Sequence record: NC_048668.1
Length of the DNA: 64,000 nucleotides
Direction: 5' to 3' (one strand)
The stretch's first letter is position 1, and every line of letters begins with the position of its first letter. Position numbers and translations under genes: made by a program. The notes under the pieces were generated by a model. That model searched no databases, was not told the origin of the DNA, and worked only from the letters and a program-made list of their open reading frames with translations. Positions 29,813 through 40,297 of the stretch are shown here, one piece after another.

Positions 29813-30604
29813 ATGGCAGAACAAAAGTCTTATAGCCTGGGTCGTCGCGAACGTGCACTCGATGATTGGGCATGTCGCCTGTTTGCTCCGGCTACTCAAA
29901 GCAGCGATGGTAAAGAACCATTCCTGTTTATTGATTTCCGCTACAATCATCAGGATAAAGTTCGTGATATCCAGATGGGTGTAAACCTGCGCAAAGGCGG
30001 TAAAGACGGTAAGATCGACTTCTTCCCTAACCTGGTTCAGTTCAACGCGCTGTGCGAAGCTATCCGCATGGTAGCTAACGACCAGATCCCTGACGGTATG
30101 GTCAAAATGGAAGTCATGACTACGTTCATGTTCGGTAAGAAACTGGATCGTCCAGAAACCGAATTCATGATCGTGGTCGGGAAAGACCAGGAAGGCGTAT
30201 TCATCGGGATCACTCAGAAAGGTCGCGATAACGTGAAGTTCTACTTCACGGGTCCACGCATGACCATTCTGCGAAACCGTGCAGGTGAAGTGTTCGATAA
30301 TTCGGTCACCAGCAAAATCTTCGCCATCGCTCGTGCGAACATGTGGGAAAGCCACATCAACTATCTGATGCAAAGCGCATACCTGGACGCTCCTGAACTG
30401 GAGCAAGCAAAGGAAGCGAAGAAACGCGCCAACCAAGCACGCTTCAGCCAGAACCAAGGTCGCCAGGGCGGTGGCGGAAATTCATGGGGCGGAAATGGTG
30501 GTGGTAACGGCGGTGGCAATAGCTGGGGTGGCGGTGGCCAACAACAGCAACAACAATCTGCTCCTCCGGCCGATGGCGGCTTTGATAACGACATTCCGTG
30601 GTAA
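29813..30604 (+). CDS. chmC: ChmC-like single-stranded nucleic-acid-binding protein
   Basis: immediately upstream of gp68-like and PicA-like genes; G/N/Q-rich tail ending FDNDIPW. Confidence 0.6.
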   Translation: MAEQKSYSLGRRERALDDWACRLFAPATQSSDGKEPFLFIDFRYNHQDKVRDIQMGVNLRKGGKDGKIDFFPNLVQFNALCEAIRMVANDQIPDGMVKMEVMTTFMFGKKLDRPETEFMIVVGKDQEGVFIGITQKGRDNVKFYFTGPRMTILRNRAGEVFDNSVTSKIFAIARANMWESHINYLMQSAYLDAPELEQAKEAKKRANQARFSQNQGRQGGGGNSWGGNGGGNGGGNSWGGGGQQQQQQSAPPADGGFDNDIPW

Positions 30605-30613
30605 TACGGTAAA

Positions 30614-30642
30614 GCTGCTGAGGGCTACTTGCCCTCAGCAGT
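30614..30642 (+). terminator. intrinsic terminator
   Basis: GCTGCTGAGGGC-TACTT-GCCCTCAGCAGT. Confidence 0.7.
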
Positions 30643-30661
30643 CTCTACTATTTTTCACGTA

Positions 30662-30669
30662 TATATTAC
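30662..30669 (+). promoter_or_regulatory. early promoter TATATTAC
   Basis: exact motif, N5-TGA. Confidence 0.7.
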
Positions 30670-30707
30670 CTAATTGATAACAAACCAAATGGTCTACAGG
30701 AGACTTC

Positions 30708-32225
30708 ATGGAAATCTATTTTGATCCGGAAATCGACGAGAAACAAAAGCTCGTTTTGATGGGACATCCCGGAGAAGAACCGTTGGTCTGGGACATGCGT
30801 TATTACAAGAAGGTAAACGCGGAAATGTTCCGGGACATCAACGATTTCTGGCGGTGGCGTCCAGAAGAAGAACAGGCTGCGATCTTCCAGGCGTTCAGGA
30901 ATATCCGCGATGTGCTCGGTGTAGTATTCGATCCAAACGTTCTGTTCAGTATCATCAACAAGGAAGTCATTAAGATCGCGAAGTATCATCCGATCGACCT
31001 GGTTGATCACTGGGTAAGAACGCGTTCTCAGATTCGTTTTCCGGATAACCTGAAAGACGAAATGGATGATCGTGACCGGCCTGAGCAAACGTATCTGCGT
31101 GACGACTATCGTCAGCTGACGTCTCTGTCGGTAATCCTGAAGTTCATGTTGCCGATCTGGTCTGAGTATACCATGCTCAAACTGGGGTTGCGTGAGAACC
31201 AGCAGGAAGTAGTATCCATGGCGTTGCTGCAACGTAGTGGTATTGAAGAGAGTGCTCCATTCCAGCGGTTCCGTGTATTCGTGGATTATATCGCATCGGA
31301 TAACGATCCGGGTATGAGAAACATTCTCGAAGGTATCGGGACGTTGGACATGCCAGAGTGGATCTTCAGTCTGATGATGGTAGAACGACTGGCGGCTGCA
31401 GTAGTGTCTCACAACGACGACGCGAACAAAGAGCAAACGGTTAACCTGATCTCTACGCTCTGGGCACAAACTCGAGCTAAACTGAGTCCTGACCAGAACC
31501 GTAAGAAAGGGGATGTTCGTCCTAAGACGTTTACGTCGGCGAACGGTAGCGAAGAAGACAACTCGTCTACAGCGGAAAGTTATAAACCCAAGGAACGTAT
31601 CAGTGATGGTACTCGAATTGAGTTCGACTATTCTGCAGCAGATGCGGCGTTGATGGGTCGTCGGTTGATGAACGATATCGATCTGGATCTGTTGAAACGA
31701 CTGGTTCGTCGTAACTCGCTTCGTAAGTATTTCAACCCGACCGAAGAGCAAGTTAAGTTAACGGCACTGACGTTAGCGAAAATTAACCCGACTCGTGCAA
31801 TGCCTCACACCGATCGTACCGGTGCGATTAACATGCTGTCGGTAGCTCAGACCTATCTGCATCAGAAAGGGTTCTCTACTCTGGCTGATCTGTTAGGTGC
31901 AAGTCGTGGTGAGCCGTGTAATACGATCTCTGGTAGCGAGCAGATCAAAGATCACCACAAAACTATACTGGCAACCATCTATCCATATCGTCGCCAAGTA
32001 AAAGCGGGTACTGGCTCTAAGACGGTATTGAAAGATCCGGGCACAATCGCCATTGAAACATTAACAAGTAAATTCGCAGGCTATTATTGGTATCGTGATA
32101 CTGATGACGTCATTGCGGAAAGCTCCAAGATGGTTATTCGGGAAGGCGGTATGGTTATCCCTAGTGATATCCGACTGATCCTGGCTGACTTCATCATTGC
32201 ATTAAACGGCCCAACTGGCCTGTAA
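30708..32225 (+). CDS. non-virion RNAP specificity subunit (phiKZ gp68-like)
   Basis: 505 aa; synteny and size. Confidence 0.65.
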   Translation: MEIYFDPEIDEKQKLVLMGHPGEEPLVWDMRYYKKVNAEMFRDINDFWRWRPEEEQAAIFQAFRNIRDVLGVVFDPNVLFSIINKEVIKIAKYHPIDLVDHWVRTRSQIRFPDNLKDEMDDRDRPEQTYLRDDYRQLTSLSVILKFMLPIWSEYTMLKLGLRENQQEVVSMALLQRSGIEESAPFQRFRVFVDYIASDNDPGMRNILEGIGTLDMPEWIFSLMMVERLAAAVVSHNDDANKEQTVNLISTLWAQTRAKLSPDQNRKKGDVRPKTFTSANGSEEDNSSTAESYKPKERISDGTRIEFDYSAADAALMGRRLMNDIDLDLLKRLVRRNSLRKYFNPTEEQVKLTALTLAKINPTRAMPHTDRTGAINMLSVAQTYLHQKGFSTLADLLGASRGEPCNTISGSEQIKDHHKTILATIYPYRRQVKAGTGSKTVLKDPGTIAIETLTSKFAGYYWYRDTDDVIAESSKMVIREGGMVIPSDIRLILADFIIALNGPTGL

Positions 32226-32257
32226 AATAAATCGACTAAGAAAAGGAAAGACAATAA

Positions 32258-33751
32258 ATGAAACCTCAAGTTATCGACGCAATCTTCTTCGAATCTTCTA
32301 ACTACGATGATCAGTTCTCTCGTTCTTTCGATACTCACTTCGACGGAGATGTATCGAATGACCTGTTGCGTAACACCAGCAATGGTCGTAACTTGTCACC
32401 GACTGCATTGTCCCGCTCTGTGGGTTCTGCGATCACGATGCAATCTCGTCACCGTGGCGAAATCGTAATCCCAGGCGGCTGGGGCGAAAAACGTCTCAGT
32501 TTCATCATCACTGTACTGATCGACGATTATAATGGTCGTAGTCGTCGTCAGGTATTGACTGGCTATACTGACTATAACGGCGTGTCTCGTGTAAGTGGTT
32601 CTCTGGATGATGAGATGTTGCTGTATGTCAACAACTCTACCACAATCGCAGATACCGTGTTCAGCACCGGTCGTGGTAATACTCGCCGTTCTCGTATTGA
32701 GAGCAACGATTACATCATCCGACCAAACGCACTGCGTAACGACCGTACTCGTCGTCTGGGCTTTGACGAACCTGAACGTCTGCTTCGTCCAAACGATATC
32801 TTCAATAACCGTTCTATTGCAGAACAAACACGCTTCCTGGGCGGTAGTGACGAAATCATCGATACTCGTGGCGATCTCGGTAACGAAATCAAACTGGGTC
32901 GTCGTACTGATAACAATGCGTCCAACTATCTGTCTCGCGTTCTTCGTGCAGGGATCATGGCTGAAACTAACACTCAGCCGGAGTTCAATGTCGAATCTCG
33001 TTTTGCGGCAGAAGAGCTGACTCCAGCGGAACATGCAGCAGCGGCAACTATGCCGAACGATATCGGTTCAAACACACTGTTCATGGAATTCCTGGCCAGC
33101 TGTGATTTCGGCGTAAGTGGTTCCATCACTCTGCGTGAGTTTGCAGACTGCACCGATTGGGATGAGCGTGCAACGCGCTTCATCGATGCCGGCGAAGTGG
33201 GTAAACGTGGCTATACTGGTTACGAACGTGGTCGTGGTAGCGACTGGAAAGGCTCTGACCGTAAGACCATCGCAGCATCTATCATCGCGCAATCTGTTCC
33301 GGCGTTGATGATGCAACACTTCATCTCCGATGCTATCATTAAGATCACTAATGATACATTGACTGGTGAAATGAAAGCGCTGGTAGAAGGTCCTCGTGCA
33401 ATGATCCCAGGTATGGACGTAACTCCATATCTGACTCCGCTGGAAGACCTGCTGGTTCTGCAAGTCGGCGAAGTGGTATCGCACAACAACCAAATGTTGA
33501 TCGATGTTCAGATCGACTGTTCTGTCATTACCGATATCAAAATCACCATCAGCATTGAAGGTGATGAGGACGAAGAGTTCGTAGCTCCGTGCTTCTGTGA
33601 TGGCCTGACTTCTCCGATGAAAACTCCTGACTACGATCAGGCAGCTAAGATCGGTAACGACCTGAGCGCAATCATCGACGACGTCGTAGACCAAATGCGT
33701 GCTGAGACCGATGAGCCAACTCGCGACTACTTCGACCGCGACGGTTATTAA
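32258..33751 (+). CDS. picA: PicA/Imp1-like nuclear import protein (phiKZ gp69 position)
   Basis: 497 aa; synteny between gp68-like and gp70-like genes. Confidence 0.6.
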   Translation: MKPQVIDAIFFESSNYDDQFSRSFDTHFDGDVSNDLLRNTSNGRNLSPTALSRSVGSAITMQSRHRGEIVIPGGWGEKRLSFIITVLIDDYNGRSRRQVLTGYTDYNGVSRVSGSLDDEMLLYVNNSTTIADTVFSTGRGNTRRSRIESNDYIIRPNALRNDRTRRLGFDEPERLLRPNDIFNNRSIAEQTRFLGGSDEIIDTRGDLGNEIKLGRRTDNNASNYLSRVLRAGIMAETNTQPEFNVESRFAAEELTPAEHAAAATMPNDIGSNTLFMEFLASCDFGVSGSITLREFADCTDWDERATRFIDAGEVGKRGYTGYERGRGSDWKGSDRKTIAASIIAQSVPALMMQHFISDAIIKITNDTLTGEMKALVEGPRAMIPGMDVTPYLTPLEDLLVLQVGEVVSHNNQMLIDVQIDCSVITDIKITISIEGDEDEEFVAPCFCDGLTSPMKTPDYDQAAKIGNDLSAIIDDVVDQMRAETDEPTRDYFDRDGY

Positions 33752-33783
33752 TCCAACCCAATTTTAAAAGAGAGTAAAGTATA

Positions 33784-35109
33784 ATGAGCGCAGAGAACAA
33801 AAAGAAACTGACTACGATCTATAAAGAGATCATGATCGCATTAGGTTTCGAAGTTGATTCCAAGATGCACGTACTGCTGAACGAGGCCGGGGTGAAAACC
33901 CCGTTCACGATCAAAGGTAAGCAACTGATCATCCCGACCGATGAGTGGTTGAAGAATCCGGACTACGATAACCAGATCCCGTTCCATCCTCTGTCTGAGA
34001 ACGTACGTCGTAAGAAATCGGAAGTCCAGGAACGTCTGGCGCTGGCGGTTTCTAATCGGGTATATCGCGTAACCTGCACTCTGCTGAACTTCATCTTCAC
34101 GCTGGCGCTGGATACCGACAAACACCCGCAGTTGACTCCGGAACAACGTGAGTATCTGCGCGACGTGCCGGACGTGACCAAGAAGACGCTGACTGCGGTG
34201 CAGAAACTGATCCAGGAGAAAGTAGACTTCAAAGGTCAGTATGCCCTGGTCAACATGTTCGTGAAACGTAGCGGCCTGTGGAAGGGTGAGGAATATCCTC
34301 GTGTCTGTACGACCACCTTCCCGATCATGGACGAAGAGCATTCTCCGGAAAAGAAAATCTTCGACGTACCGTTCCTGGTTCGCGATCGCAGTACCTTCTT
34401 CAAAGTGATGCGTCGGATCTTCCCGAACATCGATACTTCCATGGACGACTATTCTTACGGTAGCCGTTCTCAGGTAGCGCCAAACTTCCACAGTCTGATG
34501 ATGGCGTTCTCTCTGCTGGCCAATGACCTGAACAAGGTCACCAAAGTATTCTGCGAAGACTTCGCGGAGCTGGAAGGTTGCATCATCCAGACTAACTGGG
34601 TGAAAAACATGGCCGACCTGAACGACTACAAAAACGATATCCCGCCACTGGACGGTAATATCGGTGAAGCGAATGAAGATGAACTCGCTGAGATGAAGTC
34701 TCGTCAGGAAGAGAAAGTGAAACGTGAAGAGCGTCGTACTCTGCGTCGTGAAGTGTCTGCAGGTCGCCAGAGCATCCTGCGTCCTCGCGACGAAGGTAAC
34801 CGCTTCGTGCGTCAGGAAGAAAGTCGTGAAGATGAAAGAACTGTTAGCTGGCGTGGTCGCGCTGGTCGGGACGACGATCGCGGATATGGTCGTGAAGATC
34901 GTTATCGCAGCCGTCGTGATGATCGCTACGACGATCGTGATCGTGGCCGGGATAGCCGTTATCGTGATGAACGTGATGACCGCGGATTCGGTCGTCGAGA
35001 CGACCGGTATAGCCGTGAAGACCGGTTCAGTCGCGATGATCGCCGAGATACTCGCGGCGGTAATGACGATTCCTGGTTCGACAACGTAAGTACTCGTCGC
35101 CGTTGGTAA
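33784..35109 (+). CDS. conserved core protein (phiKZ gp70 position) with Arg/Asp-rich tail
   Basis: synteny; RDDR repeats in last about 120 aa. Confidence 0.65.
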   Translation: MSAENKKKLTTIYKEIMIALGFEVDSKMHVLLNEAGVKTPFTIKGKQLIIPTDEWLKNPDYDNQIPFHPLSENVRRKKSEVQERLALAVSNRVYRVTCTLLNFIFTLALDTDKHPQLTPEQREYLRDVPDVTKKTLTAVQKLIQEKVDFKGQYALVNMFVKRSGLWKGEEYPRVCTTTFPIMDEEHSPEKKIFDVPFLVRDRSTFFKVMRRIFPNIDTSMDDYSYGSRSQVAPNFHSLMMAFSLLANDLNKVTKVFCEDFAELEGCIIQTNWVKNMADLNDYKNDIPPLDGNIGEANEDELAEMKSRQEEKVKREERRTLRREVSAGRQSILRPRDEGNRFVRQEESREDERTVSWRGRAGRDDDRGYGREDRYRSRRDDRYDDRDRGRDSRYRDERDDRGFGRRDDRYSREDRFSRDDRRDTRGGNDDSWFDNVSTRRRW

Positions 35110-35162
35110 GTTAAGCATAGAGGAGGGGTAAAACCCTCCTCCCTATTTTGTTCGAGGAAACT

Positions 35163-35372
35163 ATGTCTGGATGTAAAGAAGTTAGCGGTATTGTGAAAGA
35201 AGCTGTTCTGTTATACGGGGAAGTTCTTGAGCTATCTCTGTGGCGCCAGGTTCAGGTTGCAAAAGAGAAATCGATTGACGATGAAACTATCGCAGCCGTA
35301 TTGGATATCTCGGTTGAAGAAGTCCAACAGTATTCCAACTCCACCGAAGCAGAAGTCGTTCGTTGGTTCTGA
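35163..35372 (+). CDS. small protein, possibly HTH
   Basis: SD GAGGA; IAAVLDISVEEVQQY helix-turn-helix-like segment. Confidence 0.5.
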   Translation: MSGCKEVSGIVKEAVLLYGEVLELSLWRQVQVAKEKSIDDETIAAVLDISVEEVQQYSNSTEAEVVRWF

Positions 35373-35473
35373 CATAACCCTCTCTACCTATTAAGGTAGA
35401 GAGGGGATCTATGTTTAGTCGATTTATTTTTTACGTAAATAGGTCGCAATTTACGCCGGCTACACTTGATTTG

Positions 35474-35821
35474 TTAACTGGCTTTAAAGGCCAAATACTT
35501 TTCCATCAGGGTTTCAATCTTACCATCTTTAGGGATGAGTATCTCATGCCAATTCTCATCGAACTGAATCGGTGAGGTCATGTTATTAACTCTGAGGATC
35601 GTGTAGTAGTACTCCGGTTTATTGGCGTTCACTACATCGCGAAGGAATGCATAAAAGCGGCCGTAATAGCGGTGAGCTTCCATCCCGCTGACTTTGTGAA
35701 GATTAGAGTTTGCCGGATCTTGGAGCCACTGCAGATGATCTTCTACGATATTGTAGAACCCGCGTTCGTAGTAGATAGCTGGCCCAGGATTATTCATTGC
35801 GTCGATTAAGTTAGTCGCCAT
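35474..35821 (-). CDS. LysM/tail-X-like virion protein
   Basis: YYTILRVNNMTSP...ILIP pattern; SD AGGA. Confidence 0.5.
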   Translation of the reverse strand: MATNLIDAMNNPGPAIYYERGFYNIVEDHLQWLQDPANSNLHKVSGMEAHRYYGRFYAFLRDVVNANKPEYYYTILRVNNMTSPIQFDENWHEILIPKDGKIETLMEKYLAFKAS

Positions 35822-35848
35822 GATGATTTCCTAAAATGATTTCATGTA

Positions 35849-35856
35849 TATATTAC
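35849..35856 (+). promoter_or_regulatory. early promoter TATATTAC
   Basis: exact motif upstream of RNAP beta gene. Confidence 0.7.
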
Positions 35857-35941
35857 CTAAATGATAGGTAAATCAAAACAAAAGAAAGGTGTTGGTTTAA
35901 AAGCCAACACCAGTATTATTCACTATTCCATCGAGGAGCGT

Positions 35942-38191
35942 ATGACTGAATATCAGATGTCGGAACTAGAGCAAGGACAAGTGGACGTAAGGGTAGCAGG
36001 AACAGCGACCAACTTGGCACCGTATGCTCCGTGTACATCTCCAAGTCGTCTGGTGATGTTAGGTTCTCAGATTCAGCAGAAGCTGTTGACCAAAGGACTG
36101 AAGCGTCAACGATTCTTCACCGGTGTTGAACACGAATATGCCAAGTATACTTTTGGCGTTAAAGTGGACGAGCCGGTAGAGATCATCGCAGCAATCGATA
36201 AATATAACGTCGGGTTCGGTGAGCGTAGTTTCAAATATAACCCAACTCGGTATCTGTTCGTCTTCAACGTGAAGAAGCAAGAATATGACTTGATGGAAGT
36301 CACTAAGTATTGCTCTCATCACAATAACTTTGGTTTTGAGTTCGACATCAATGAAGAAGCGATGTTCCGTACTCAAGCGGGTAACGTACTTCAAGCAAAT
36401 ACCTGGTTGACAAAAAGTCCTGGTGTTATGCCTGAGGGTGATTATATCTTCGGTACCCCAACCAAAACGGCGTTCATGTCGTCGCACTATGTTACCGAGG
36501 ATGGTTTCATGGTGTCTCAGGAGTGGTGTGAGGAAAACACTACAACTGGCTATGGCGAGATTGTCATCAACGTACCTAAGGGTAAGTATCTGACTAACAG
36601 CTATGGGTCGAAAGGGTCGTATATTCCGTTCCCAGGTCCGGGTGATAAAATCCGTCCAGATGGACTGATTGCATCTCTTCGGGATTATGATGATATCCTG
36701 GGTGCGGTAGAGATGACCGAAGACGCCATGGGTACAGTGGATCACTTCTTCGATGAGCGTTATTACATCGAGGCGGGTTCTCTGAATGCCCGTGTACTGG
36801 ATGTCGATATCTGGTGTACTGACGGCGACGGCGTTGATAAGATGCCGACGTTTGAAGCCACTGGTCCGAATGAGTCTGACTATATCGACAAGTTCTGGAA
36901 AGCTAAGCAGAAGTTCCACAAGCAAGTAGATGCTGCCTATACGCTGATCAAGAACCGTAGCCGTGGGAAACCTCGTCTGAGCCGTGCACTTCATCGGTTC
37001 ATTACAGACTCCCGTGACTTCATGCTGACCAAACCAGGGAAGCGTCGTTATCGTTACAAGAACACTCCGATCCCAACGGTGCGTATTGCGATTCGTTTCA
37101 TGTACGATATCGTGCCGACGATCGGTTTCAAATTAACCAATATGTACGGTGGCAAGGGCGTAATCTGTCGCATTAAACCGCGTTCGGAGATGCCAACTTA
37201 TCCTGATGGTACAGTTGCCGATTTCATCGGCGATGGCTTAAGTACTATCAACCGTATGAACCCGTCGGTCTTGTTCGAGCATTACATGAACTATAAGGCC
37301 GAAGAGGTTGAGAAGAAAGTCCGGGACTTCGTTGATCAGGATCGTTGGGAGGATGCCTTCGATATTCTGATGACGTATTATCGGGCAGGTGTTCCGCTGT
37401 ATTACAACAAGATCGTTACTCAGAACTGGTCGGAGAAGCGTCGTCGTGAGCATGTGAAAGCTGTCTATGACGATAAGATCTTTGCGTATATGCCGCCGAA
37501 TACCCCTGGGTTAGGTATTGAGCAAATTGGTCGGGTTGAAGATGCGTTACCTTCTAAGGTAGAGCATGTAACCTGGATCGGTGATTTGGGTCGTGAAGAA
37601 CGTAGTGTTGATCCGGTAATGATCGGCGACATGTATATCATGGTGCTCGAGAAAACTGGTCACGACTGGTCTGCGGTCGATGTACCGAAACGTCAGGTAC
37701 ACGGCGTTCCAACTAAGGTGAGTGCTCGCGATAAGCACAACTTACCGTATCGTCAGTCTCCGCTCCGATTCTTCGGTGAAGCAGAGATCCGTAACTATTC
37801 AGGTATCCTGGGTGGTGACTGGGCTGCCGATATGTTGGATCGTGCAAACAACCCGAAAGCTCAAGAAGCAATCTGGAAACAGGTTATCGAGAATGAACGT
37901 CCAACCGATCTGGATATCACTATCGATCGTAATCAGATCCCAGTAGGCAACTCGTTGTCTCTGAGTTATCTGAACAATGCGATGTATTGTAACGGCGCTC
38001 AGTTCGCATATGCTGAAGTCGATACTGCATCGGATCTGGAAATCGAGATGCTTCGTAAATACCCTGATCCAATCAACCGCCCACGGGTAAGTTCATTGGC
38101 TAAGTCCTTGGAAGAAGTCGTCGAGGATGAGGACGAAGAAGAGTACATTGAACCTGAAGCTGACTACGACGATGAAGGTGAAGAAGAGTGA
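35942..38191 (+). CDS. non-virion RNAP beta C-terminal subunit (phiKZ gp71-73-like)
   Basis: GFKLTNMYGGKGVI, MNPSV, RFFGEAE motifs; SD GAGGAG. Confidence 0.88.
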   Translation: MTEYQMSELEQGQVDVRVAGTATNLAPYAPCTSPSRLVMLGSQIQQKLLTKGLKRQRFFTGVEHEYAKYTFGVKVDEPVEIIAAIDKYNVGFGERSFKYNPTRYLFVFNVKKQEYDLMEVTKYCSHHNNFGFEFDINEEAMFRTQAGNVLQANTWLTKSPGVMPEGDYIFGTPTKTAFMSSHYVTEDGFMVSQEWCEENTTTGYGEIVINVPKGKYLTNSYGSKGSYIPFPGPGDKIRPDGLIASLRDYDDILGAVEMTEDAMGTVDHFFDERYYIEAGSLNARVLDVDIWCTDGDGVDKMPTFEATGPNESDYIDKFWKAKQKFHKQVDAAYTLIKNRSRGKPRLSRALHRFITDSRDFMLTKPGKRRYRYKNTPIPTVRIAIRFMYDIVPTIGFKLTNMYGGKGVICRIKPRSEMPTYPDGTVADFIGDGLSTINRMNPSVLFEHYMNYKAEEVEKKVRDFVDQDRWEDAFDILMTYYRAGVPLYYNKIVTQNWSEKRRREHVKAVYDDKIFAYMPPNTPGLGIEQIGRVEDALPSKVEHVTWIGDLGREERSVDPVMIGDMYIMVLEKTGHDWSAVDVPKRQVHGVPTKVSARDKHNLPYRQSPLRFFGEAEIRNYSGILGGDWAADMLDRANNPKAQEAIWKQVIENERPTDLDITIDRNQIPVGNSLSLSYLNNAMYCNGAQFAYAEVDTASDLEIEMLRKYPDPINRPRVSSLAKSLEEVVEDEDEEEYIEPEADYDDEGEEE

Positions 38192-40180
38192 AAACCCGTT
38201 ACGCTCGTGAATTAGTTAACTGGCAAGAACGTGAGATCTGGGCACACGCAGAAGACCCAGAGGAATTCATTATCGTCTTTGATGATGGTGAGTTACCAAC
38301 TCATTGGGAACAGGTTTTAGTATCCTGGTATTTCTGGCAGTATCATCGGGAATATCCGAACGTACCATTGGAACTGAAACACTTCCTTTGGGACGATCGT
38401 CTGGAACCTGGCATGGAAGACAAGCTCCGTAACCGCGGCATGAACTCTGTTCTAGCGGTGCATCCGGAAACCGATCGTGAAGATCTGCAAGCGACTGCAT
38501 ATCGGTTGTCTAACATGCTTCACAACGCATTCTCGTCTGAAGGGGAAAGTTATCAGGCTTCTGTAGATGCACTGGCGTTGTTGCAAATCCACAGAGATCC
38601 GGATATCTCTAAAGCGTTGAACGAAACCCGCCACACCAAGGCGGGGATTAACGAACTGTACTCTCGTATCAATAAGGTCTTGATGGATAAACCGAGTCTT
38701 CGGTTCAATCCGATGGTTGCAGCTAACCGCAACAAACAAATCAAGATCGCTCAGTTTGACCAGGTAGTCGGTGCCAGGGGATTCTGTTCTGAGATCGATC
38801 AGACCATTTTCCCAACCATGGTATCGTCTGGGTTCTCTCGCGGTCTACATCGGCTGTCTCATTATCTGATGTGTAGTCGAGATGCGTCTAAAGCGATGCA
38901 AGCAACCGATGACCCGGTAAAACAAACCGAGTATTATAACCGAGAGCTGCAACTCTTTACGTTCGTCGTGAAAAGTATCTGGGTTGGCGACTGTGGTTCC
39001 ACCGAGACAGTTCCGTGGTTAGTGGAAGCTGATGAGCTGGATACAATCCTGCCAGGGAAACGATATGTAGCAGAAGACGGCACGTTGAAGATGATCAAGC
39101 CGAGCGATCGTCATCTCCGTGGTAAAGTCATTCAGCTGCGTAACGTAGCCAGCTGTTGGCATCCGGACGATGGGGTAATCTGTAGCACCTGTATGGGTGA
39201 TATCGGTGAGTCCATCCAGCGCGGTACCAACCTCGGCCATGCCTGTACTGTAACTCAGAACGAACGTGTATCTCAGGACGTAATCTCAACGAAGCACTTA
39301 TTGATCTCAGCGACCAGTGAAGGCTTTGAAGTAGATCCGTTCTATTCGGAGTATCTGGTTAACGCCGGTGACATCTCCGAGATCATGTTCTCCACGGGTG
39401 TTTGGGATAAACGCGTAGAGATCGAAATTGATCTGGCCGATATCCCTCGTCTGTCTGACATCACTGTAATGAAGAACCTGAGTAACGCAGAGCTGGCGCG
39501 CTTCTCTGTTATTCGTAGTTTGACATTGCTGATCCATAACGACGATGAAGATAAGTCTATCACGACAGTCATCGTACCTACATCCCATGGCTCCTATCGT
39601 CCGTTCCCTGACGGAAGTGATGGTTAAGCACATGTTGGATTATGGTTATGAAACGTTGGGGAAGAAGATTAAGATCGACATGACTAACTGGGATAACACA
39701 GAGTCCATCCTGCGATTCCCAGAACGTCACCAATCTACCCTGGAGCTGATGGCTGAACTGAAGTCTGCATTGTTCATGTCTACCAAAGAATCGAAAGCTA
39801 AGCTGCGCTATGACCTGACTGACCCGGACATTCTGTCCATGGCCATGAAGGACATGTGTGAGATGACTAACCGTAAGTTCTCGGTTAACTTGGCAATCGT
39901 CGAAATGGTACTCTATGCGATGATGTCTCGTGATCCTGCCAACGGCGATTATCGTCTGCCGAAGAAAGGAACTGGGCGTTGGTTTGATTCTAAATCCAAC
40001 ATTATGAACGGGCGCTCCTTGTCCGTTAAGTCCAGTTACGAGCAGCAGTATGAAATGCTTCAGTCTGCGAGCAGTTACACGAACCCAGTTAGACCTTCGC
40101 ATCCATTTGATTATCTACTTGTGGATGTAGAGGGTTGGCGTCGTAAGCATCGCCGTAACGGTACTGAGATAAAGGCGTAA
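38188..40180 (+). CDS. non-virion RNAP beta' subunit part (phiKZ gp74-like); +1 frameshift near 39607
   Basis: GARG, TEYYNRELQ, DCGST, CSTCMG motifs; one extra T in CCGTTCCCTG. Confidence 0.85.
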
Positions 40181-40189
40181 TAACGTCAT

Positions 40190-40219
40190 AAGGGGAGCTT
40201 CGGCTCCCTTTCTTTTTTT
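40190..40219 (+). terminator. intrinsic terminator
   Basis: AAGGGGAGC-TTCG-GCTCCCTT plus T run. Confidence 0.85.
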
Positions 40220-40297
40220 GTTTTCACCATGAGGGAGGGCGTAAGAAAGCACGTATCCGCTTCTAGTTATGGAGCGATATTTTCTACGAGGACTGTT

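Noticed and set aside
34860-35060. Tandem DNA repeat or CRISPR-like array
   Set aside because: Periodicity reflects RDDR coding repeats; no fixed repeat-spacer structure anywhere in the window
33841-35118. 425-aa minus-strand ORF (also 30666..31751, 36059..36994, 22034..22762, 29798..30457, 32396..33034, 33068..33694)
   Set aside because: Antisense shadows of strongly codon-biased plus-strand genes; no SD context or protein motifs
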